Origin: Rhodospirillales bacterium
Lineage (GTDB): Bacteria > Pseudomonadota > Alphaproteobacteria > Micavibrionales > Micavibrionaceae
NCBI GenBank assembly: GCA_020638285.1
Contig: JACKIV010000002.1
Span: forward strand, 291,296 to 355,295
Direction of reading: 5' to 3'
Length of the DNA: 64,000 bases
Each line of letters opens with the position of its first letter. Position 1 is the stretch's first letter. Below, in pieces: positions 10,002 to 19,572 of this stretch. Position numbers and translations under genes: made by a program. Under the pieces are notes generated by a model. It saw only the letters and a list, made by a program, of their open reading frames with translations, had not been told where the DNA came from and searched no databases.

Positions 10002-10613
10002 ATGGCAAATAGAATCGTCACCATAACCGGGGAACTGGGCAGCGGGAAAAGCACCGTGGCCAAGGCCCTGACCGCCCAATGGGGGGCGTTTTACCATTCT
10101 GCCGGGTCGGCGCAGCGCGAAATTGCCCGGCGGCGCGGTCTGACCATTCTGGAATTGAACCAGCTTGAGGAAACGGACCCGACCATCGATCGGGAAGTCG
10201 ACTCGTTTTTTGTGAGTTTGCGAGATAAAACGGGCGATGTCGTGGTGGATTCCCGTCTGGCGTGGCACTTTTTGCCTGAATCGTTCAAGGTGCGACTGGT
10301 TGTCGCGCCCGATGTCGCGGCGTTGCGGATCAACGGTGATACAGGCCGCGTGTCCGAAGCGGCAGCCTCCAGCCCCGAGGAAACGTATCATCTGATGCTG
10401 GCCCGGCGCGAAAGCGAGAAAAAGCGCTTCCGGGAGTTTTACGGCGTTGATATTGAAAACAATGACAATTTTGATCTTGTCGTTGATACCACTGCGGCGC
10501 GGCCCGAGGCGGTGATTGCGCTCGTTGCGGGGCTTGCCGAAGACTACTTTGCCGGTCGCCCGATTCATAAGATATGGACCTGCCAGAACGGTGCCTGGAC
10601 GTTTGTTCCGTGA
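10002..10613 (+). CDS. Cytidylate kinase-like P-loop NTPase
   Basis: Walker A motif TITGELGSGKSTVAKAL. The overall layout resembles the cytidylate-kinase-like family 2. Start placed at MANRIV. Confidence 0.6.
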   Translation: MANRIVTITGELGSGKSTVAKALTAQWGAFYHSAGSAQREIARRRGLTILELNQLEETDPTIDREVDSFFVSLRDKTGDVVVDSRLAWHFLPESFKVRLVVAPDVAALRINGDTGRVSEAAASSPEETYHLMLARRESEKKRFREFYGVDIENNDNFDLVVDTTAARPEAVIALVAGLAEDYFAGRPIHKIWTCQNGAWTFVP

Positions 10614-10740
10614 TCGGGAATCCCTGTCTTTGATTTTTCATGAAATTTGACCTTGAAACCGCCCGATGCGGGGTATAAGCCTGTCTGCGATCCGGCCATG
10701 AGGGATTCGATTCTTTATTGAAGGGCAGTGGTTTTTCGGC

Positions 10741-12732
10741 ATGAGTCTGGTTTGCTGTGCAATTTTTCTGGTCCTTTCGGCCTGTGCGGTGGTTTTTGCA
10801 GGGCAGGCATGGGCGCGCGTGATTGTCTATGGCGGATGTGCTTTGACGGGGTTTGCAGGGCTGCTGTCTGCTCTTTCTTATCTGGCTGGCACGACTCCGG
10901 GCGGGGAATGGATTTTTCCGCTTGGTCTGCCGTGGATCGGCGCGCATTTCGCGGTTGATTCGCTGTCCGCTTTTTTCCTTGCGATCGTCAATGGCGGTGC
11001 AGTTTTGGCCAGTCTTTATGCCATCGGGTACGGGCGGCACGAATCGGCACCTTGGCGGGTTCTACCGTTTTATCCTGCTTTTCTGGCTGGGATGACTCTC
11101 GTTGTTCTGGCGGCGGATGCCTTTACGTTTCTGTTGTCGTGGGAATTCATGTCTCTGGCGTCCTGGGCTCTGGTCATGGCGTATCACCGGGTTCGGGATA
11201 ATGCGCAGGCCGGGTATGTCTATATTGTTATGGCCAGTTTCGGGACGTTTGCGCTGCTTCTGGCTTTCGGCATGCTGGCCGGGCCGGATGGATCCTATGC
11301 CTTTTCCAGCATGCGCGAGGGCATCCGCGCACCTTGGCAGGACGCCATGATTTTGCTTTTTGTTCTGCTCGGTGCGGGGTCCAAGGCAGGGCTTGTGCCC
11401 TTGCATGTGTGGTTGCCGCTCGCGCATCCGGCAGCGCCGAGTCACGTCTCGGCTCTGATGAGCGGTGTGATGACCAAGGTTGCGGTCTATGCCTTTGTTC
11501 GCGTGGTGTTTGATCTGCTCGGCGGGACGGGGTGGGAGGCGGCGCTGGTTATTCTGGTTCTGGGCGGGGCGAGCGCGGTCCTAGGGGTTCTTCAGGCGCT
11601 CATGCACACGGACATCAAGAAGATTCTGGCGTGCAGCACCGTTGAGAATATCGGGATCGTCTTTATCGGTCTGGGGCTTTCTCTGGCTTTTCAATCCGGG
11701 CATATGCCTGCGATGGCGGCGCTGGCCTTGTCGGCGGCGCTGTTCCATGTGTTCAATCATGCCTTGTTCAAGAGTCTTCTGTTTTTTGGTGCGGGGGCGG
11801 TGGTCCATGCCACTGGTGCGCGGGATCTGGATAAAATGGGGGGATTGATCCATCGCATGCCTGTGACGGCGGTCTGTCTTCTGATCGGCTGCGCGGCGAT
11901 TTCGTCCCTGCCGCCGCTCAACGGATTCGCGTCGGAATGGGTGTTGTTACAGGCGATTTTGCAAAGTCCGGCTTTGCCGGAATGGGGGCTGAAAGTCTCC
12001 ATCCCCGCCGTGGGCTGTCTTCTGGCTTTGTCGGCGGCGCTGGCCGGGGCGTGCTTTGTGCGTCTGTTCGGTGTGGCGTTTCTGGGGCGGCCCCGGACGC
12101 CGCAGGCGGCGCAGGCCCATGAGGTAGACCGGTTTTCTCTTGGTGCGATGGCGTTTCTGGCTCTGGCGTGCATTCTGGCCGGTGTGATGCCCGGATTGAT
12201 TCTTGAGGGGATCCATGGAACGGTTCAGGATTTGATAGCAGGTGGCCCCGCGCCGCAAGGGCGCTGGCTTTCTCTCGTGCCGGTTTCTGAGGACCGCAGT
12301 ACCTATAGCGGAGTTCTCGTCTTCGTTTTTGTCCTTGTGGCATCGGGGGTGACGGCGCTTCTCGCCCGGCGCGTGGCCTCGTCTGCGCTGCGCCGGGGCC
12401 CGGCGTGGGATTGCGGGTTTCCGGGGAATTCTCCTCTGTTTCAGTATGGCGCGGGGAGTTTCGTCCAGCCGATCCGGCGGGTGTTTGGCGCGCGGATTCT
12501 TCACGCCCGCGAGAGCGTGGAGATGCCGGATCCCGGCGATCTGCGTCCGGCGTCGTTTCGCGTCGATCTGCGGGATCCGGCGTGGGAGGGGATTTTCCTT
12601 CCGATCTCGCGCGGCGTGCGGGGGGTGGCGGAGCGGTGCAATATTGCCCAGTTTCTGACCATCCGGAAGTATCTCGGGCTCGTTTTTGTTTTCCTCGTCT
12701 TTTTGCTCGGAGTTCTGGCGCTATGGACGTGA
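10741..12732 (+). CDS. HyfB/HycC-like (NuoL-family) proton-conducting membrane subunit
   Basis: 663 aa polytopic membrane protein. It carries the NuoL/M/N antiporter-like core (WEFMSLASWALV, GSKAGLVPLHVWLPLAHPAAPSHVSALMSGVMTK). Confidence 0.85.
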   Translation: MSLVCCAIFLVLSACAVVFAGQAWARVIVYGGCALTGFAGLLSALSYLAGTTPGGEWIFPLGLPWIGAHFAVDSLSAFFLAIVNGGAVLASLYAIGYGRHESAPWRVLPFYPAFLAGMTLVVLAADAFTFLLSWEFMSLASWALVMAYHRVRDNAQAGYVYIVMASFGTFALLLAFGMLAGPDGSYAFSSMREGIRAPWQDAMILLFVLLGAGSKAGLVPLHVWLPLAHPAAPSHVSALMSGVMTKVAVYAFVRVVFDLLGGTGWEAALVILVLGGASAVLGVLQALMHTDIKKILACSTVENIGIVFIGLGLSLAFQSGHMPAMAALALSAALFHVFNHALFKSLLFFGAGAVVHATGARDLDKMGGLIHRMPVTAVCLLIGCAAISSLPPLNGFASEWVLLQAILQSPALPEWGLKVSIPAVGCLLALSAALAGACFVRLFGVAFLGRPRTPQAAQAHEVDRFSLGAMAFLALACILAGVMPGLILEGIHGTVQDLIAGGPAPQGRWLSLVPVSEDRSTYSGVLVFVFVLVASGVTALLARRVASSALRRGPAWDCGFPGNSPLFQYGAGSFVQPIRRVFGARILHARESVEMPDPGDLRPASFRVDLRDPAWEGIFLPISRGVRGVAERCNIAQFLTIRKYLGLVFVFLVFLLGVLALWT

Positions 12733-13685
12733 CGCTCGGGACCATCACGCTTCAGGCGATCCAGAGTGCAGCGGTTTTGGGACTCGCGCCTCTCCTCGTC
12801 GGATTCGTCCGGAAAATCAAGGCGCAGATTCTGCGGCGTCAGGGCGCATCGGTGTTTCAGCCTTGGCGTGACCTTGTCCGGCTTTTGCGCAAGGAAGTGG
12901 TTCTGGCGGAAAACGCGTCATGGCTGTTCCGCGCGGCACCCTATCTGATTTTGGCCCTGACGTGGGTGTCGGCGTCTTTGATTCCTGTTTTCGCGACGAA
13001 TCTGCCATTTTCGGGGGCTGGCGATCTGATTGTCATCGTTGCGCTTTTGGCTAGCGCCCGGTTTGTCTTGACGCTGGCCGGGATGGATATCGGAACGAGC
13101 TTTGGCGGAATCGGGTCGAGCCGCGAGGCCATGATTGGCGCGATGGCGGAACCGGCCATGATGATGGTCATTTTTACGCTTGCCCTGATCGCGGGATCAA
13201 CCCAGATTTCGCATATGGCCGAGATTATGGCATCGTCCCAGATCGGTCTGCGCGTGTCGATCGGTCTGGCGCTCGTGGCCCTGATGATGGTGGCTCTGGC
13301 CGAAAATGCCCGCATTCCGGTGGATAATCCATCGACGCATCTTGAATTGACCATGGTGCATGAGGCCATGGTTTTGGAATATTCCGGGCGGCATCTGGCC
13401 ATGATCGAACTGGCCGCCGCGCTTAAGCTGTTGCTCTATGTTTCGCTGATTTCGTGCCTCTTCACGCCATGGGGGCTGGCGGATGCGCAGACAGAAGGAT
13501 GGATGGCTTTTCTGGCGGGCGGCATGTTCTGGATTGTCAAGCTTCTGGGCGCCGGTGTGGCGCTTGCCGTTTTCGAAACGTCGATCGCAAAAATGCGTGT
13601 GTTCCGCGTGCCGGATTTTCTGGGCGCGGCGTTGATGCTTGGTCTTTTGGCGACACTTCTTTTGTTTGTTTCCAGGGGGCTTTAG
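12723..13685 (+). CDS. HycD/HyfC-like (NuoH-family) membrane subunit
   Basis: ATG at 12723 overlaps the upstream stop by 10 nt. N-terminus reads LVGFVRKIKAQILRRQGASVFQPWRDLVRLLRKE. The internal ENARIPVDNPSTHLELTMVHEAMVLEYSG segment is typical of HycD. Confidence 0.85.
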   Translation: MDVTLGTITLQAIQSAAVLGLAPLLVGFVRKIKAQILRRQGASVFQPWRDLVRLLRKEVVLAENASWLFRAAPYLILALTWVSASLIPVFATNLPFSGAGDLIVIVALLASARFVLTLAGMDIGTSFGGIGSSREAMIGAMAEPAMMMVIFTLALIAGSTQISHMAEIMASSQIGLRVSIGLALVALMMVALAENARIPVDNPSTHLELTMVHEAMVLEYSGRHLAMIELAAALKLLLYVSLISCLFTPWGLADAQTEGWMAFLAGGMFWIVKLLGAGVALAVFETSIAKMRVFRVPDFLGAALMLGLLATLLLFVSRGL

Positions 13686-13689
13686 GGAA

Positions 13690-14424
13690 ATGACGTCTCT
13701 TTCCTTTGATATCGCGCATGCTCTGGCCGGGGCCTTGATTCTGTCAAGCTTTATGATGCTGTATCAGGACCGTCTCTCGGCGCTCATCAACCTGTTTGCG
13801 GTTCAGGCCGTGATCCTGTCGTTTTCCGTGGCGTGGCAGGCCTTTATTCAGGACGCGCCGCATCTTTATATCACGGCCTTCATCGCGGTGCTGTTCAAGG
13901 CGCTGGTGATTCCGCTGGCGCTTCACCGCATGATCGTGCGTCTGGGGATTCACCGCGAGATTGAAACGGTCATCGGAATCGGCATGACCATGATGGCCGG
14001 GATGGGGCTTGTGGCGCTGTCTCTTTCTTTGATTCTGGACGTTGCGTCGCAGTCTGATCCTCTGGCGCGGGAAGATCTGGCCTTTGCGCTTGCCGTTATT
14101 TTGCTTGGGCTTCTCATGATGGTCACCCGGCGCAATGCAGTCAGTCAGGTGGTCGGGTTCATGTCGCTTGAGAACGGGCTTGTCTTTGCCGCGACGGGGG
14201 CGCAGGGCATGCCCTTCGTGGTGGAAATCAGCGTGGCGTTTTCGATTCTGATTGCCTTTATCGTGATTGGAATCTTTCTGTTCCGGATTCGCGAACGGTT
14301 CGACACGGTGGATCTGCGCGCGCTCGATCATTTCCGGGGAGAGCGGTTTTCTCCGGGCGATGGGCCCTCAGGTGCAGCGCTTCCTGTTCTTGACCGCTCG
14401 CGCGGAGCGGGGAGGGGGCGATGA
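13690..14424 (+). CDS. HyfE-like small membrane subunit
   Basis: Multi-TM hydrophobic protein in the position that HyfE (HycP) holds between the HycD-like and HyfF-like genes. Stop overlaps the next start (ATGA). Confidence 0.7.
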   Translation: MTSLSFDIAHALAGALILSSFMMLYQDRLSALINLFAVQAVILSFSVAWQAFIQDAPHLYITAFIAVLFKALVIPLALHRMIVRLGIHREIETVIGIGMTMMAGMGLVALSLSLILDVASQSDPLAREDLAFALAVILLGLLMMVTRRNAVSQVVGFMSLENGLVFAATGAQGMPFVVEISVAFSILIAFIVIGIFLFRIRERFDTVDLRALDHFRGERFSPGDGPSGAALPVLDRSRGAGRGR

Positions 14425-15866
14425 TGGCGTATTTTGATCCCCTGTCGGTGATTCTTTTGATGCCGCTTGTCGCCGCCGTGGTTCTTGCGGCGATTCCGGA
14501 TTACCGGATTTCTGCCCGGGTCAATGTTGGCGCGAGTTTTCTGGCCTTTGCCGCATCCATCGGATTTTTTGTCGTGCCAAGGGTTTCGGGACCGTATTTT
14601 CTGATCGACGATCTGAACATTGTCTTTATCGTTCTAAACAGCTTTGTCGGATTTACGACCAGTATTTTCAGCGCAAGCTATATCGCGCATGAAATGGAAA
14701 CCGGGCGTCTGACCCCGGCGTTTTTGCGGTTCTATCACGCGATGTTCCAGATTTTGATGTTCGGGATGACGCTGGCCTTGAGCGCCAATAACATCGGCTT
14801 GATGTGGGTGGCGGTGGAGCTGGCGACCCTGACCACCGTTTTGATGGTCGGGATGTACCGGACTCATGCCGCCATTGAGGCCGCGTGGAAGTACTTCATT
14901 CTGGGCAGCGTCGGGATTGCGCTGGCCCTGTTCGGGACCATCCTCGTCTATACCGCTGCGCGGCCTGTGGTGGGCGAGGGGCCGCAGGGCATGGTCTGGA
15001 CGGTGTTGATGGCGCATGTGGCGGCGTTCGATCCGTCCATTATGAATATCGCTTTTGTCTTTTTGCTGCTCGGCTATGGCACCAAGACGGGGCTTGTGCC
15101 GCTGCATGCCTGGCTTCCCGATGCGCATGCCGAAGGGCCCACCCCCATTTCGGCGGTGCTTTCGGGGCTGTTGCTCAACGTCGCGCTTTATGCTCTTTTG
15201 CGGTTCAAGATGCTGTTTGCGGCCAACGCGCATGTGATGGCGCCGGGGCCATTGATGGCCGGGATGGGGCTGGCCTCGGTTATTTTCGCGGCGTTCATGC
15301 TTTATCCGCGCAAGGATATCAAACGCATGTTCGCTTATTCCTCGATCGAGCATATGGGCATTATCGTTTTTGCTTTTGGCATGGGCGGGGCCTTGGCCAA
15401 TTTTGCGGGCTTGCTGCATATGGTGATGCACAGTCTGACCAAATCGGCGATCTTCTTTACCGTCGGCCATATTGCGCAGGTCAAGGGCACCCAGAAAATC
15501 GCCAAAATCCGGGGCTTGACGGAAAGTCATCCCTTGCTTGGCTGGGGGCTTGTTCTCGGGGTGGTCGCGATTGCGGGCGCGCCGCCTTTTGGCATTTTCA
15601 TGAGCGAGTTTCTGGTGGTCAGCTCCACCTTTGCCCGTGCGCCGTGGCTGGCCGTTCCGCTTGTCCTCGGGTTGCTGATTGCGTTCGGCGCGCTGCTTTT
15701 GCGTCTGCACGAAATGGCCTTTGGCGAGCCGGAGGGCAGCGCCGCGCCTTCGCAGGCATCCTATATCCCGTTATTCATTCATCTGGGGATCGTTCTTCTG
15801 GCGGGGATCTTGATTCCGGGGGCGGTCGTGGCGTGGTTCCAGCATGTTGCGACGTTGTTGGGATAA
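14421..15866 (+). CDS. HyfF-like (NuoM/N-family) membrane subunit
   Basis: 481 aa antiporter-like subunit (GTKTGLVPLHAWLPDAHAEGPTPISAVLSGLLLN, SSIEHMGI). Confidence 0.85.
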   Translation: MMAYFDPLSVILLMPLVAAVVLAAIPDYRISARVNVGASFLAFAASIGFFVVPRVSGPYFLIDDLNIVFIVLNSFVGFTTSIFSASYIAHEMETGRLTPAFLRFYHAMFQILMFGMTLALSANNIGLMWVAVELATLTTVLMVGMYRTHAAIEAAWKYFILGSVGIALALFGTILVYTAARPVVGEGPQGMVWTVLMAHVAAFDPSIMNIAFVFLLLGYGTKTGLVPLHAWLPDAHAEGPTPISAVLSGLLLNVALYALLRFKMLFAANAHVMAPGPLMAGMGLASVIFAAFMLYPRKDIKRMFAYSSIEHMGIIVFAFGMGGALANFAGLLHMVMHSLTKSAIFFTVGHIAQVKGTQKIAKIRGLTESHPLLGWGLVLGVVAIAGAPPFGIFMSEFLVVSSTFARAPWLAVPLVLGLLIAFGALLLRLHEMAFGEPEGSAAPSQASYIPLFIHLGIVLLAGILIPGAVVAWFQHVATLLG

Positions 15867-15878
15867 GGGGAGGCGGAA

Positions 15879-17351
15879 ATGGAACAGCGTTTTATGTCTT
15901 CACGCACCCTCGTTTCGGCCCAGGACTGGCAGGCGGCGGCGCGCTCCTGCGCGGCGGGGGATAAGACGCTCGTCGCATTGTGGGGAGAGATCGGGTTCGT
16001 CCATATGGCGCTGTGCGCGCCGGACGGATCGAGGACAGAGCTGATTTCCTGTGCCTGTCCGGACGGGACGTTTCCGTCTGTGGCGCGGATTCATACGCCT
16101 GCGGATCGGCTGGAGCGCGCGATCACGGATTTGTGTGGTCTGCGTCCGGATGCCGGGCATGATGCGCGGGCGTGGCTGGACCATGGGCGATGGGGGGTGA
16201 GTCATCCTCTTGGCGCGCGCGGGCCGGCGGCGGCGCAAGTTTTTTACGAATTCCTTCCGGTTCAGGGAGAAAGTCTGCACCAGATTCCTGTCGGTCCCGT
16301 TCATGCGGGAATCATCGAACCCGGCCATTTCCGTTTTACGGCTCAGGGGGAAACGGTGGTGCGGCTGGAGCAGCGGCTCGGCTACGTCCACAAGGGGATT
16401 GAGTCCCTGATGGCCGGGGCGGACATTGCGCGGGGCGCGCAGATTGCCGCGCGGATTTCGGGCGACAGCACCGTAGCCTATGGATGGGCGTTCGCCAGCG
16501 CCGTAGAGCATGCGCTGCGTCTGGATGTTCCGCCGCGCGCGCGGTATCTGCGCGCTTTGATGGCTGAAATGGAGCGCGTGGCCAATCACCTGGGCGATAT
16601 CGGCGCGATTTGCAATGACGGCGCGTTTGCCCTGATGCTCGCGCATTGCGGGGTTTTGCGCGAGCGGGTCTTAAGGACGGCGGCGGCGTGTTTCGGGCAC
16701 CGCATGATGCAGGGTTGTATCGTGCCGGGCGGCGTTGCGACGGGTCTTGATGCGCAGGGAACCGCTGCCATTCGGGGGCTTGTCAAGGAAATTGGCGAGG
16801 CCTTCCCGGACCTGATTGATTTGTATGACAATACGGCCTCGCTTCAGGACCGCACCGTCGGGACGGGGGCTTTGCGGCCCGATCTGGCGGCGCGTTTCGG
16901 GGCGGGCGGGGTTGTCGGGCGGGCCTCTGGCCGCGCGGTCGATGTACGCCGCACGCCGGGCTATGCGCCGTATGAGTCCCTGAAATTCGAGGTTCCGGTG
17001 CGCGCAGAAGGGGATGTCAACGCCCGGGTCTGGGTCCGGATTCTGGAGGTTGAGCAAAGCCTGTCCCTGATCGGCCAGATTCTGGACGCGCTTCCCGCTG
17101 GAAAGATCCGCGTCGATGTGCCGCCCGTAAAAAAAGAATGCGAGGGATTTGCCGTGATCGAAGGATTTCGCGGGGATGTGTTCGTCTGGCTGCGGATCGG
17201 CGCGGACGGGACGATCCTCCGTTGCCATCCGCGCGATCCGTCGTGGTTCCAGTGGCCACTTTTGGAAAATGTTATCAAGGACAATATTGTTGCGGATTTT
17301 CCCTTGTGCAACAAGTCGTTCAACTGTTCCTATTCGGGGCATGATCTGTGA
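15879..17351 (+). CDS. NuoC+NuoD-like 'hydrogenase large subunit' homologue lacking canonical NiFe ligand motifs
   Basis: HQIPVGPVHAGIIEPGHFRFTAQGETVVRLEQRLGYVHKGIE is the HycE/NuoD signature. The expected RxCGxCxxxH motif reads RISGDSTVAY. The C-terminus reads DFPLCNKSFNCSYSGHDL, not DPCxxC. RBS GGGGAGG lies upstream. Confidence 0.85.
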   Translation: MEQRFMSSRTLVSAQDWQAAARSCAAGDKTLVALWGEIGFVHMALCAPDGSRTELISCACPDGTFPSVARIHTPADRLERAITDLCGLRPDAGHDARAWLDHGRWGVSHPLGARGPAAAQVFYEFLPVQGESLHQIPVGPVHAGIIEPGHFRFTAQGETVVRLEQRLGYVHKGIESLMAGADIARGAQIAARISGDSTVAYGWAFASAVEHALRLDVPPRARYLRALMAEMERVANHLGDIGAICNDGAFALMLAHCGVLRERVLRTAAACFGHRMMQGCIVPGGVATGLDAQGTAAIRGLVKEIGEAFPDLIDLYDNTASLQDRTVGTGALRPDLAARFGAGGVVGRASGRAVDVRRTPGYAPYESLKFEVPVRAEGDVNARVWVRILEVEQSLSLIGQILDALPAGKIRVDVPPVKKECEGFAVIEGFRGDVFVWLRIGADGTILRCHPRDPSWFQWPLLENVIKDNIVADFPLCNKSFNCSYSGHDL

Positions 17352-17403
17352 TGACCTGTTTTTCTGTATACCCCTCTCTCTGTCGGAGCGTTGCTCCGTC
17401 TTT

Positions 17404-17446
17404 CCCTCTCCCCCACGGGGGAGAGGGATCAAGGGAGAGGGGGGAT
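17404..17446. repeat. REP-like GC-rich palindrome inside the operon gap
   Basis: ccctctccccc-ac-gggggagaggg forms a perfect 10-11 bp stem. A third half-copy, gggagagggggg, follows. It sits in the 109-nt gap between the large- and small-subunit genes. Confidence 0.7.
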
Positions 17447-17460
17447 CCGAAATTTAAGGA

Positions 17461-18012
17461 ATGGGGGCAAGCGTGAGAAATTTTCTCCTTGAGGGGTTGT
17501 TTCGCAAGCCTTTGACCGAACCGGCGCCGGGGGCCTCGGAGGCTGCCGCGCAGGAACTGGCGCAGGCGGTGGATCGGGCGGCGCGGCGCAGGCTGGGGCG
17601 CAGCCTGTCGATCCGTCAGGTCGATGCCGGATCGTGCAACGGGTGCGAGCTGGAAATCCATGCCTTGAACAACGCATTTTACGATCTGGAGCGGCTGGGT
17701 CTGCATTTTGTGGCCTCGCCCCGCCATGCGGACGTGCTTCTCGTCACCGGGCCTGTGACAAAGAACATGCGCGAGGCGCTGGAGCGGACCTATAACGCGA
17801 CCCCGAATCCGAAATGGGTTGTGGCGTTGGGCGATTGCGCCTTTGACGGCGGGGTGTTTGCGGACAGTTACGCCGTTGCGGGCGGTGTTTCGGCGGTTGT
17901 TCCGGTGGATCTGCATATTCGCGGCTGCCCCCCCACCCCGACACAGATTCTGGAAGGGCTTCTGGCTTTACTGGAATCTCAGGAGACCCAGCCTGTCACG
18001 GTTTCCCGATAG
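17461..18012 (+). CDS. NuoB/HycG-like small subunit ([4Fe-4S] cluster-binding)
   Basis: Four conserved Cys: DAGSCNGCELE, ALGDCAFDGG, IRGCPPTP. Also VASPRHADVLLVTGPVT. The start could instead be GTG 17473, which is better spaced from AAGGA. Confidence 0.88.
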   Translation: MGASVRNFLLEGLFRKPLTEPAPGASEAAAQELAQAVDRAARRRLGRSLSIRQVDAGSCNGCELEIHALNNAFYDLERLGLHFVASPRHADVLLVTGPVTKNMREALERTYNATPNPKWVVALGDCAFDGGVFADSYAVAGGVSAVVPVDLHIRGCPPTPTQILEGLLALLESQETQPVTVSR

Positions 18013-18022
18013 AATCCTTTTT

Positions 18023-18052
18023 TCCTGTCCCCTGTTCTGACAGGGATTTTTA
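18023..18052 (+). terminator. Candidate intrinsic terminator after the hydrogenase-like operon
   Basis: Stem cctgtc / gacagg with a 9-nt loop, followed by gaTTTTTaT. It lies 11 nt after the stop at 18012. Confidence 0.5.
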
Positions 18053-18129
18053 TAAAAAGTCGGAAGAAGCTTAATTGGACCTTGCAATGTTTACATAACT
18101 TTAATAGAATGAGCCGGGATGGGGGGCGC

Positions 18130-19572
18130 ATGAGTCTGACAGAAATTTACAAAAAAGAGGCCGGAGATACGCTCGGCGTTTATTGGTACGATCGCCCGAT
18201 CGGCCTTCTGCATCGCCGGGATGGAGAGATATTCTGGGAGGGGCAATCGCCTCAGTATTTCAGGATTTTTGGTGTTCAGGATGGAGCGGAAGAACCTGCC
18301 GTTATCAGGAATCTTCAGCCTGAAGGTTGGCTTTCTGGCGTTCTGCATTACAAGGATCAGTGGGAATATTTGAAAGAAGGTCTCTGTTTTCTTTCAAATC
18401 TGCGTATTGTCGCGCCGGAGAACAAGGATTCCTTTCTGGCATTGGCGCCCAGGGATGTCCTTAAAGGGCGGATTCGTGACTTTGTTCGTCCGGATGGCGT
18501 GTTTTCAGGCTCTTATCAAGGCCCGTCCGGACATGGCCTTGCGCCGGAGATGGCCAGGTCCGTCGCGGCCTTCTGGAACGACAAAACCATGCCCCGGCTT
18601 TCGGGCGCGCAGATGAAACTGCCCGTATGTCTTCATGGGGACGGGCGCCTTGTTCCGGCGCTGGGGACTGGTAATTCCTTTACGCACATCCTTAAATTAC
18701 CGGGCGGCGAGAGATTGGAAAGTGTGGCTGCTCTGGAATGGCTGTGCCTGCGTGTGTCGGAGAAGGCAGGCGTTAAAACAGCCAGACACGCGCTTGTTGA
18801 AATGCCGGACGGGTTGCCGCCTGCAACGCTTGTTGAGCGGTTCGACATCCCCCGGAACGAGGTGGATGCCCGGAAAATCCTGATGCAGGATTTTTGCTCT
18901 CTGGCAAAGATTCCGTCACACGAAAAGGACAAGGGCTCTGTTGAGCAATGTGCCCGGCTTTTGAAGGGAGAATCCATAAACTGGGAGCACGACCGGGTGG
19001 CTTTTTTTGACAGGGTGGTGTTGTCCTATGCCCTCCGGGACGGGGATATGCACAGGAAAAATCTGTCCATTCTCAAAAAGATAGAAGGCTGTGATCCGGA
19101 TACGCTCAATGTTGAGTTCGCCCCTGCATACGATATGGTATCTACCGCAGTTTATAAAAATGGCGATCAGATGATTTTGCCCCTGAATGGAAAGAAAGAA
19201 GGCCTGAACCGCAAGACATGGGAATATTTTGGGCGGACTCTCGGTATGGATCCAAAAGAGGCCGCGGATCGCGCCCTCAGTCTGATTGAGCGCGTGGCAA
19301 GCTCTGCGGTGGAGGTTTGCCGTGATTTGCCACCTGAAATCAGGACGCATCCGGGGTGCGTTTATGACTTGCAACGGGCAACGACGGAGATGGTTGATCT
19401 GGCAAGGAAAAACGGCCTGAATACGCCGGAATGGGAGGGTGTTTACGAGGAGAAGGCTGCAAAGCCTTCGAAAGAGGATGCACACCGGGAAAAACGCCAT
19501 AAAATCCGGATTAAAAGGGGGCTGGAATACAAGGACACAAATCCGTTCTCGTTGATGGAGATGGAAATCTAG
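18130..19572 (+). CDS. hipA: HipA-family serine/threonine kinase (type II toxin-like), no partner gene
   Basis: NLQPEGW (N-terminal coupling domain), [29 protein letters not shown], catalytic loop [22 protein letters not shown]. The start at ATG 18130 is preceded by a G-run. Many A/T-ending and AGG/AGA codons, unlike the neighbouring genes. Confidence 0.85.
   Translation: MSLTEIYKKEAGDTLGVYWYDRPIGLLHRRDGEIFWEGQSPQYFRIFGVQDGAEEPAVIRNLQPEGWLSGVLHYKDQWEYLKEGLCFLSNLRIVAPENKDSFLALAPRDVLKGRIRDFVRPDGVFSGSYQGPSGHGLAPEMARSVAAFWNDKTMPRLSGAQMKLPVCLHGDGRLVPALGTGNSFTHILKLPGGERLESVAALEWLCLRVSEKAGVKTARHALVEMPDGLPPATLVERFDIPRNEVDARKILMQDFCSLAKIPSHEKDKGSVEQCARLLKGESINWEHDRVAFFDRVVLSYALRDGDMHRKNLSILKKIEGCDPDTLNVEFAPAYDMVSTAVYKNGDQMILPLNGKKEGLNRKTWEYFGRTLGMDPKEAADRALSLIERVASSAVEVCRDLPPEIRTHPGCVYDLQRATTEMVDLARKNGLNTPEWEGVYEEKAAKPSKEDAHREKRHKIRIKRGLEYKDTNPFSLMEMEI

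Noticed and set aside
12405-12722. 5' extension of the HycD-like ORF (listed start 12405)
   Set aside because: The extension overlaps the end of the HyfB-like gene in another frame and translates to Gly/Arg/Ser low complexity. ATG 12723 (MDVTLG) gives a normal HycD N-terminus.
10330-12748. 236-aa, 276-aa and 185-aa minus-strand ORFs across the cmk-like/hyfB-like region
   Set aside because: Arg/Pro/Thr-rich shadow translations opposite a polytopic membrane protein gene.
14634-15964. 358-aa minus-strand and 359-aa plus-strand ORFs overlapping the HyfF-like gene
   Set aside because: Off-frame or antisense ORFs with Arg/Gly/Ala/His-rich composition. The membrane-protein frame is the only one with conserved motifs.
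15900-17916. 248-aa, 253-aa and 198-aa minus-strand ORFs over the large/small subunit genes
   Set aside because: Shadow ORFs. One of them runs through the REP-like palindrome.
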